Shown piece after piece: positions 57,381 to 64,000 of a stretch of 64,000 nucleotides of DNA (its first letter is position 1; the number at the start of each line of letters is the position of its first letter). This DNA comes from Flavobacteriales bacterium. Lineage in GTDB: Bacteria > Bacteroidota > Bacteroidia > NS11-12g > UBA955. Location of the stretch: the NCBI GenBank assembly GCA_002737705.1, contig NSIM01000009.1:559-64558 (forward strand), given 5' to 3'. The position numbers and the translations under genes are program-made. The notes beneath the pieces were generated by a model. The model saw only the letters and a program-made list of their open reading frames with translations, was not told the DNA's origin and made no database searches.

Positions 57381-59984
57381 ATGCTTCAATCCCTCAAACA
57401 AGCAGTCAAAGAAATTCAATTGTCTTATCGGCTTGCACCCTTGGGATTTCGTCTGGGATGGATTGTCGTTTTGGCTGGACTAATTTTCCTGCGATTTTGG
57501 CGATTGGATGAAAGACAATGGGGATACGATGAGCTAAGTGCTGTTTTGAGGGCTGTCTCTGCCAAAACATGGGCTGATCACTTACACTTGGGTGTTGCGA
57601 CAGATGGTCATCCGGCTGGCTTACAAACCTTGATTTGGTTTTGGATTCGGGGATTTGGAGAGGCTGTTTTTCCAATGCGTTTCATCACCGCTTTGGTTTC
57701 TTTGTATACATTATGGCAGCTATATTCGATGGCGCTAAAACGATGGGGGCATGAATCGGCCTACTGGGTGGTAACCTTAATGGGATTGATGTGGTGGCAA
57801 GTAAGCATCGGCGTGTGGATTCGGCCTTATATTTTTGCCATGCCATTTGTTTTAAGGGCATGGGACCTGGTATTAGAAACTCCCATTACACACCCCAGGA
57901 ACCCTAAGCCTTATCAATATGGCTGGTTCTCTTTTCACTTAGGCGCCGCAATAGCAGGCGCCGCCTATTTTCATTTTTTTGCTGGGCTAACAGCCGGAAC
58001 AGCGTTTGTTATTTATATTCTCCAAAAAAAACCCCATCCAGAACCCCAATCAAAACACATACAAGGATTGCATACATCTTATATTCGATTTCTACCTTTA
58101 AGCATTGCATTTTTATTATACATCCCCCATTTGCCCCTTCTTTTTGCCCAATTTGACCATGGGGGATTGGATTGGCTGGCAAAACCCAATGCCCAATTCC
58201 TAAGCCACTATTTCTTATGGGTATGTGGAAATAATCGGCTGATTGCCCTTTTGCTTTTAGCCTCACTTGTATATGCTGTAATCCATTCGTTTCAGACCAG
58301 CCTTCTTCCAAGACCACGGCGAATTAGCCTTTTGTTTAGACAAGCACCCATACAAGGATTGTTGGGCTTTTTCATTGTATTTTCAGTAGGATTTACCTAC
58401 TCCGTTTTTCGCATGCCCGTATTACAAGATACTGCTTTGTTCTTTGCTACCCCTCTTTGGATATTCTCGGCCGCGCAGGGATTAACCCTCATTCGACAGA
58501 ATATGCGATTCCGTTTCCTTGAATTTTTAATACCACGGAGAACACAAGCCATTGAAGACGCTGAACCCAACGGGTTAAAAAATGGCCAGTATGGTACAGA
58601 GATTGGTAAACCTTTCAAACCCAGTCAATGCTGGATGCGGTGTGGAGGGGCATTTCTTTTTCATTCAAGTGCCTGTGCATTGCCATTGTTATTGTTGTTT
58701 AATACGATTCAAGAAAAATCTTGGTTCAACCTTGATCTCAAAGGTAACCATCACCGAATCGCAGAAAAAGTGTCCCTATTCCAATCCAAAAATACCCAAA
58801 ACCAAAGGGCTTTAAGCACGGGCATGTATCCGGTTCAAATTTGGATATCTGGACCACCCGATGTGTATCGATACCATTTCAAACACCTCAACCCAGGAAC
58901 TTTAAAAGCCTGGGAACCCTCTTCTAGACCAAAAGAATCCTTATCTCATGCTTTGCCTCACCCTGGAATCACTCCGATAGAAAAGAAAAATCAGAACATG
59001 CAAAAGACGATTGCAACCCAGAAAAATGCAAAGTCGATGTCGTTAAACCCGCATAAAAAATTGGAGATGAGTAAAAACATGCCGGTTGAGATTTATCCGT
59101 ATTGGCTCATGGATAATTCGCCAGGTTTTACACTTAGAAATTTGAAAGAGAAACTTTCGAACCTACAACCCAATTCAAGCTTGTTTCTTGGACTTCAATC
59201 GAGCGCTGAGCCTTGGCTATTGCCCCTGATAGAAGCGCATTTTCAAAATTCTCCACCCCGAAACAATCAGCACCCCTCCCCTGCCATTTTTTCGAATCAA
59301 GCTGGTGAAACTTTGACGCATACAAGCCAGCAAGAATTCCTTATTGGGGGTGAATGGCTGGTATTCTCAAATCCAATACCCTTGTCTCAAAAAACAATCC
59401 CAGCAAAAATTAATTTCGGGGGAAACTCCTTATATTTTCGGATTGACAATTCCCAAGTTTTGATTTCAACCTGTTCTTCTCCCCGCTCAAGAAATAATCG
59501 CCCGAAGCCCATCACCCCCCTCAGTAAATCCATTGGTTTCACAAAGAATAGAATTCAACTGAAACGCACCCGTTTTGATCCCCAATCTGTTCCTGCCTGC
59601 CTGCCAGAAGACCAGAGCGCATCCTCCATTGCGGCTGTTGCGCGTATTCCAATCCAATCGGAAAAAGATTCCGAAATAAGACAATGCTTCTCACTGTCAG
59701 AATTCAAGCCAGAATCCAATGACATTATTATTTTATTGGTGGATTCTAATTGCGGTGGCGAAATTCAAACATCGTTGTGGAATGGAGATCAACAAATTGA
59801 TTGGAGGAGCACCCACATTGTTGATTTTGCGTCTGCAGGATTTCCAACCGCAGTCCATGCCATTAAATTGTCCGATATCGCAGGATGGAATCATCAAACG
59901 CAATTGCGCTGTTTTGTGAGCCATGCCAGTCGAGCAAGAATTGGTCTCTACAAAGGAAACCCCTTCCAATATGGCATTCCTTAA
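57381..59984 (+). CDS. Large polytopic membrane protein, GT-C fold (family 39/ArnT-PMT-like) glycosyltransferase-like N-terminal half plus long non-membrane C-terminal region
   Basis: Track ORF starts at TTG 57369; the first ATG is 57381. About 10-12 hydrophobic helices span the first ~450 aa. An acidic YDE motif sits in the first loop (FWRLDERQWGYDELSAV), as in GT-C enzymes. The C-terminal ~400 aa is Q/N/S/P/K-rich and then beta-like. The family call is inference. Confidence 0.6.
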   Translation: MLQSLKQAVKEIQLSYRLAPLGFRLGWIVVLAGLIFLRFWRLDERQWGYDELSAVLRAVSAKTWADHLHLGVATDGHPAGLQTLIWFWIRGFGEAVFPMRFITALVSLYTLWQLYSMALKRWGHESAYWVVTLMGLMWWQVSIGVWIRPYIFAMPFVLRAWDLVLETPITHPRNPKPYQYGWFSFHLGAAIAGAAYFHFFAGLTAGTAFVIYILQKKPHPEPQSKHIQGLHTSYIRFLPLSIAFLLYIPHLPLLFAQFDHGGLDWLAKPNAQFLSHYFLWVCGNNRLIALLLLASLVYAVIHSFQTSLLPRPRRISLLFRQAPIQGLLGFFIVFSVGFTYSVFRMPVLQDTALFFATPLWIFSAAQGLTLIRQNMRFRFLEFLIPRRTQAIEDAEPNGLKNGQYGTEIGKPFKPSQCWMRCGGAFLFHSSACALPLLLLFNTIQEKSWFNLDLKGNHHRIAEKVSLFQSKNTQNQRALSTGMYPVQIWISGPPDVYRYHFKHLNPGTLKAWEPSSRPKESLSHALPHPGITPIEKKNQNMQKTIATQKNAKSMSLNPHKKLEMSKNMPVEIYPYWLMDNSPGFTLRNLKEKLSNLQPNSSLFLGLQSSAEPWLLPLIEAHFQNSPPRNNQHPSPAIFSNQAGETLTHTSQQEFLIGGEWLVFSNPIPLSQKTIPAKINFGGNSLYFRIDNSQVLISTCSSPRSRNNRPKPITPLSKSIGFTKNRIQLKRTRFDPQSVPACLPEDQSASSIAAVARIPIQSEKDSEIRQCFSLSEFKPESNDIIILLVDSNCGGEIQTSLWNGDQQIDWRSTHIVDFASAGFPTAVHAIKLSDIAGWNHQTQLRCFVSHASRARIGLYKGNPFQYGIP

Positions 59985-59993
59985 AATAGAAAC

Positions 59994-61022
59994 TTACTGA
60001 AACCGACTGGGGTCTAGCACCGTAAAAACCCTGTGTAAATTGAATCCAAATCGAACTCCCGCAGCGCCCCATTGATCTGAAGTTCGGGAAATAAACAAGG
60101 ACTCGTTCAGTCCGATACTATTCGTGAAATCCATTTGAAAGACATGGCCCCCCGTCTCGAAGTCAAATCCAAGGGAAAAGCTACTAAAAAAATCTCCATT
60201 CCCATTGAGTATGGGTATGTATTCCATATTAAAGGATGTGCGCTTGGTCAGTTTATTCCGGAACCCCATACCCAAAGCAAATTGGGTCTGGGGGAGATTC
60301 CGACCCCCTTGCCAATTGGATATTTTATTGTCATAAAACCAGTTGGGATTCACCAGATGGTGCACAATTGTCGGCGCAATTTCCCAGGTAAATTTTTCAG
60401 ACTCTTTTCTCCCAAGAATGAATTGCCCTACAAAAGAAAAACGCTGCTTGGAAGACAAATACATCCTTTCTCCAACTAAATTTGAATAGTGGGTATTTTT
60501 ATAATCCATAGCCCCCAACAACAATACCGTCAATGGTCTTTTATTGTCGGTAGTTTGGTGCATAATACGCCATTTAAAATAGCCGTCAACACCCTTTTCT
60601 GATTGCACATTAAAGCGCCCCAATCCCACCATTAAGTTGGGCAAAATACCGTATTCACCCCCAAACCGAATGGTGGCAAAATCCAAGCCAAATGCATGGA
60701 CCGCCCCCATATTTACTGCACCAAATCGGTGGCTCATTTTGAAGTCAAATACCCCCGGATCAATCATTTCTAAACTCTGGAGATTGACCACTTTCGTTGT
60801 TTTAAAACTGTTTTGTACTTTTTCCCACTGTACAAAAGCGGGCTCGTCAAGTAAAGAAAAATTTGAATCGTTTTGTGCGCGTATATCAAGCGAATAAAGT
60901 AAACCCAGTAGACCCAAACTTTGGGAAAAAAAATGAAAATGGCCGATGCCCAATCTCAAATTGGCTTTGATCTGGTGTATCAAGGTCTTTCGGCCGCCAG
61001 GGTAGAACCCATGTTTTACCAT
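59994..61022 (-). CDS. Beta-barrel protein, DUF5777-like (paralogue 2 of a tandem pair)
   Basis: 342 aa. The HRFG motif context is FDFKMSHRFGAVNMG...FGLDFATIRFGGEYGI, and the C-terminus is GVRFGFNLHRVF.... It is clearly paralogous to the upstream gene. The 7-nt overlap with that gene suggests coupling. Confidence 0.65.
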   Translation of the reverse strand: MVKHGFYPGGRKTLIHQIKANLRLGIGHFHFFSQSLGLLGLLYSLDIRAQNDSNFSLLDEPAFVQWEKVQNSFKTTKVVNLQSLEMIDPGVFDFKMSHRFGAVNMGAVHAFGLDFATIRFGGEYGILPNLMVGLGRFNVQSEKGVDGYFKWRIMHQTTDNKRPLTVLLLGAMDYKNTHYSNLVGERMYLSSKQRFSFVGQFILGRKESEKFTWEIAPTIVHHLVNPNWFYDNKISNWQGGRNLPQTQFALGMGFRNKLTKRTSFNMEYIPILNGNGDFFSSFSLGFDFETGGHVFQMDFTNSIGLNESLFISRTSDQWGAAGVRFGFNLHRVFTVLDPSRFQ

Positions 61023-62107
61023 CTTCTAACAATATTAAATCCAAACCGCAAATTCTTGACAGTAAACGAAGGGTTGTTTTGAACCATAAACGTCGATTCG
61101 TTCATTGATTGTGCATTGCTCAAACTCAATTGAAACATATGCTTTCCGGAAAAAATCTCAAATCCCAATCCTAAATATGCCGATGCGGGTATGCTTACCG
61201 ATTTTGAGTACCCATCACGGAACTGGATAAAATGATCGGCTACCGGCTTTTGAATCTCTGCAGTAAGGGCATATTTATCGGAAATTTTTATCCTTGCATA
61301 TCCGCCAATTATACCAATATCATTGGCTTGGATCTGGCTATCTACCAAATTAATATGAACCAAGGATGGCGTTATCGCTACCAAAAAACGATTCTTGATA
61401 TTCGCGCTTACAATGAGGGTATTCACAAAGCGAAGTCTGTTTGAAAAATAGAAAGGCTCTGGAGCAATCGCATTGGCTGAACCGCAATTTACAGACAAAT
61501 TACTATACCATGAGGCCATCCATACTTGGGTTGGCGACTGGGCTGAAAGACTTTTATTACGCCTATTTTCGATGCCTTCATCGTCAGTTTTTGTTTCTTT
61601 GGCTGAATCTGATAGATTAACGCTTGGGGCTAATTGAGCAATGGGATTGACCCTTTTTATTGTCTTCCCTATAAACTGATATTTAAAATACACATCGGCA
61701 GTTTTTTGCATACTGCTTCGAGAAATACCCATGCTTGTTGCATCGCTTAATCCATAATCAAATCCCAAACGCATATAACTTTGATCGAACCCATACCAAT
61801 TGTATGGGCCAGTTTGGAATGTTCCAAAGCGGTGTTGGATAAATATTTCCCACTTCCCTTTGGGCAATACAGCCGCACCGTGCATATTGATAATACGCAA
61901 ACTTTTTCGGTCTAATGAAACAACAGGGGGTGAGTACATGGAACCGAGAAAAACAACAGCAGGGATTTTTGGGGTTTCTGCAAAATGGGGACAACCCGAA
62001 AATCGATCAGCCAACAACACAGTATCAGAGAGAGCCAACAACACATTGTTAGACATACCCAAGAAAAAAAACAAGACTACTTGGGCAAGTCTATAGGGGC
62101 ATTCCAT
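61016..62107 (-). CDS. Beta-barrel protein, DUF5777-like (paralogue 1 of a tandem pair)
   Basis: 363 aa. The same block order appears: WEIFIQHRFGTFQTG...YGFDQSYMRLGFDYGL ... HMFQLSLSNAQSMNESTFMVQ...LRFGFNIVRRW. Its start overlaps the cytochrome-like gene by 17 nt. Confidence 0.65.
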   Translation of the reverse strand: MECPYRLAQVVLFFFLGMSNNVLLALSDTVLLADRFSGCPHFAETPKIPAVVFLGSMYSPPVVSLDRKSLRIINMHGAAVLPKGKWEIFIQHRFGTFQTGPYNWYGFDQSYMRLGFDYGLSDATSMGISRSSMQKTADVYFKYQFIGKTIKRVNPIAQLAPSVNLSDSAKETKTDDEGIENRRNKSLSAQSPTQVWMASWYSNLSVNCGSANAIAPEPFYFSNRLRFVNTLIVSANIKNRFLVAITPSLVHINLVDSQIQANDIGIIGGYARIKISDKYALTAEIQKPVADHFIQFRDGYSKSVSIPASAYLGLGFEIFSGKHMFQLSLSNAQSMNESTFMVQNNPSFTVKNLRFGFNIVRRW

Positions 62108-62450
62108 TTCGTATCCATTTATTGACTTGGCCTAGCTTACACGAACTAAGCTTTCCGCCCGGAGGCATCAATGAATATGTTCCACTTTCATTCATTGTCC
62201 CTTCAATCTTTCCGGCCAAAGTTTGGGCTTTAACCAAGTCATATGTCTGTAAAGAAACGGTTGCTGAACTTCCATGACAACCGATACAATTTTGGTCTAT
62301 TAAGGGTTTAATGACACTGGTATAATTTACGTTCGAGGTGTCGCAAGTAACCGAACTACCATACATTTCTTTTTTATTGTCATAGTAACAGGCCGAAAAA
62401 ACAATCATGGACCCCATTAAAAGAAAAACAGGGATACGAGATTTAGTCAT
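62091..62450 (-). CDS. Small lipoprotein with a single CxxCH heme-c binding motif (cytochrome c-like domain)
   Basis: 119 aa. The lipoprotein signal is MTKSRIPVFLLMGSMIVFSAC. The CIGCHG motif lies in VIKPLIDQNCIGCHG, and the downstream MPPGG...WIRNGMP resembles planctomycete-type cytochrome c domains. Confidence 0.65.
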   Translation of the reverse strand: MTKSRIPVFLLMGSMIVFSACYYDNKKEMYGSSVTCDTSNVNYTSVIKPLIDQNCIGCHGSSATVSLQTYDLVKAQTLAGKIEGTMNESGTYSLMPPGGKLSSCKLGQVNKWIRNGMPL

Positions 62451-62469
62451 TGGTTGCGCTTGGAAAGAA

Positions 62470-63033
62470 TTATTGGGTTAATACACAATTTACATCAATG
62501 GAAATAACATCTGAAATTGAATCGATAGATCTCAGGGGTATCTCGATGCCAAAATCAGAACATTTGATTTTGAAACTTGATTTCAACTGAATCCCCACGG
62601 TTTTAACCAAAATAGTCCCTGAAGTGTTTACCTCTTTGGTAACACCATGAATGGTTAATTTCCCCGCCACATTCACAGGGTATTCGCCCACTTTCTCGAA
62701 TTTAACGTCGTTAATATTTTTGATTTCACCCAAAAAATCCCCGGTGGGATATGTTGAAGTCTCCATATAATTCTCATTAAAATGTTTCTGCATCAGGGCC
62801 GATTTAAACTGAAATCCATTGATCGGAACGCGGAATTGCATTTGGTTTTTTGAGGGTGCAATGGCTACTGAAACTTGTGAATTGTTTGCGACAATTTCTT
62901 CGGTCAATGTTTTGCTTTTAAAAACCACATTGCCAGTTGAAGTTTTTAAAACCTGTGCGGTGGCTTTTTGGGAAAATAAAAAACAATAAATGAAAATTAA
63001 TGACGGGTAGATAAGGGTTTTTTGTATAGACAT
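62470..63033 (-). CDS. YceI family (lipid/polyisoprenoid-binding-like) periplasmic protein
   Basis: 187 aa with signal peptide ...FLFSQKATAQ. It has an eight-strand-type pattern with VVFKSKTL... and LTIHGVTKEV blocks typical of YceI-like proteins. Confidence 0.7.
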   Translation of the reverse strand: MSIQKTLIYPSLIFIYCFLFSQKATAQVLKTSTGNVVFKSKTLTEEIVANNSQVSVAIAPSKNQMQFRVPINGFQFKSALMQKHFNENYMETSTYPTGDFLGEIKNINDVKFEKVGEYPVNVAGKLTIHGVTKEVNTSGTILVKTVGIQLKSSFKIKCSDFGIEIPLRSIDSISDVISIDVNCVLTQ

Positions 63034-63273
63034 GGTGGCTTCTTTATTATTTTGGGTTGGAAAAATGTATTTCGATTTATCTCTTTCACGTATGGGTTTA
63101 CTTACAATTGTAATTTATTACTTATAATCGCAATTGTCTAAGTGTTTTGGAATTTGTGCTTATTGATTGTTGGGTTACCCCAAAAATTTTTGGAGCTAAT
63201 TACAATATTACATATTCTATTGGAGACGGTATTGACAAAAATGAAGCACAGAAATTCAATGCCGAGGAGGGTT

Positions 63274-63795
63274 TTATGGTATTGATTTAACGGAAATCGT
63301 ATCATGTTCGTGTGATTTTGAAAGATCGGGAACGGTTGTACTCAGTTTTAAAAGATTGCAACGACCCAATTTCATTACTTTTTCTGAAAATAAATCATCG
63401 GTGTTTTGCGGTAAATTTAAGGAATTGCATTCGCATTGCAGTGTAACCGAGTCTCCAGCCAATACTGCTCCAAGCTCTTTTTTCATCGATACATCAAAAT
63501 TGGCATCCACCAAAAAACCCTCTTTACCCGATTCCAATTGAAGGGTAATGCTGGAATCTCCTTTAATCTCGGTAACCACAGCGCTAAATCTTACAGACTT
63601 GCCTATAAAAGCCAAAAATGTTTGATTGGCGTGGGAATCTGCATCGAGCGATTTAACCCAATCGAGCATGTTTTTCTCATAATCGGGTTTGCCTCCACTT
63701 TTGACTTCAGCGGGCTCATGCCATAGAAAATAACCTACGGAAAGGCAAATGAGAAAAAAAAATAAAATGCTAAGGTAAATGGGTTTTTTTTGCAT
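63274..63795 (-). CDS. Membrane-anchored OB-fold (tRNA_anti-like) protein
   Basis: 173 aa with an N-terminal TM anchor (IYLSILFFFLICLSVGYFLW). Then come ANQTFLAFIGKSVRFSAVVTEIKGDSSITLQLES...DSVTLQCEC, which fits my memory of the Bacteroidota tRNA_anti-like OB-fold family. Confidence 0.55.
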   Translation of the reverse strand: MQKKPIYLSILFFFLICLSVGYFLWHEPAEVKSGGKPDYEKNMLDWVKSLDADSHANQTFLAFIGKSVRFSAVVTEIKGDSSITLQLESGKEGFLVDANFDVSMKKELGAVLAGDSVTLQCECNSLNLPQNTDDLFSEKVMKLGRCNLLKLSTTVPDLSKSHEHDTISVKSIP

Positions 63796-63819
63796 TATTT
63801 GGTTGAATTTTGCAATTCA

Positions 63820-64000
63820 ATGAAGTGCTATTCTAAACAATCCATAATCAAAAACAATGCCAAGATTACTGGCTATGTGAACAATAGATTCCTGTTGTTC
63901 ATTCTCTCCTCCATCCCACTGTTTCTGCAAGCCCAAAATGCCCCAGAAACCTTCCTATACACCGCCGAAAAAATTTACCAATCAGATACCGCTTTTGGCA
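63820..64000 (+). CDS. Secreted protein, N-terminal fragment (runs off the right window edge)
   Basis: Not in the track (no stop). The frame is open from ATG 63820 (MKCYSKQSIIKNNAKITGYVNNRFLLFILSSIPLFLQAQNAPETFLYTAEKIYQSDTAFG...). An alternative GTG start at 63877 gives a clean signal peptide. The product is unknown. Confidence 0.4.
   Translation, partial: MKCYSKQSIIKNNAKITGYVNNRFLLFILSSIPLFLQAQNAPETFLYTAEKIYQSDTAFG

Noticed and set aside
1-64000. Search for mobile elements, prophage, defence islands, rRNA/tRNA, tmRNA, RNase P and SRP RNA signatures.
   Set aside because: I recognised no transposase, integrase, recombinase or reverse-transcriptase motifs and no terminal inverted repeats flanking a cargo. 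I also saw no conserved RNA core strings in any spacer longer than 75 bp. This was by eye only, so a covariance-model or HMM scan could still find something.

Overview
This 64-kb chromosomal segment reads as a Bacteroidota genome. Several secreted proteins end in T9SS-type C-terminal sorting domains, Rho carries a long N-terminal insertion, and typical Bacteroidota gene pairs are present (holA with an HsdR_N-domain gene, DUF4290 with murA, DUF1599 with a DoxX-like gene, and an IPExxxVDY-like gene beside acpP). I count about 58 protein-coding genes at high coding density, almost all housekeeping or central metabolism. They include ilvE, an ECF sigma pair, a GH3/serine-hydrolase fusion, mpl, etfBA, pruA, alkaline phosphatase, kdsB, a TetR-paaABCD operon, holA, HU, aroK, a UvrD-type helicase-nuclease, rnc-fabF-acpP, pyk, kmo, murA, rho and crcB. 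I found no rRNA, tRNA, CRISPR array, transposase, integrase, phage gene or recognisable defence island. The ORF track shows TTG/GTG starts as M, so several track ORFs are over-extended. I trimmed them to internal ATGs where the N-terminus (signal peptide or conserved family start) supports it. I added two edge-truncated CDSs that the track cannot show. No stretch is demonstrably a novel system. The best candidates for uncharacterised biology are three. First, a same-strand block at 59994-63795: OB-fold protein, YceI, CxxCH lipoprotein and two tandem paralogous beta-barrels. Second, the crcB / unknown 419-aa protein / 867-aa GT-C-like membrane protein string at 55734-59984. Third, three perfect-period 20-bp tandem repeats in the rho-crcB divergent intergenic region. 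Smaller oddities are a 46-bp tandem duplication that rewrites the alkaline phosphatase C-terminus, a CAAGTG repeat array, a TetR operator palindrome, and a 207-bp gap inside the paa operon.
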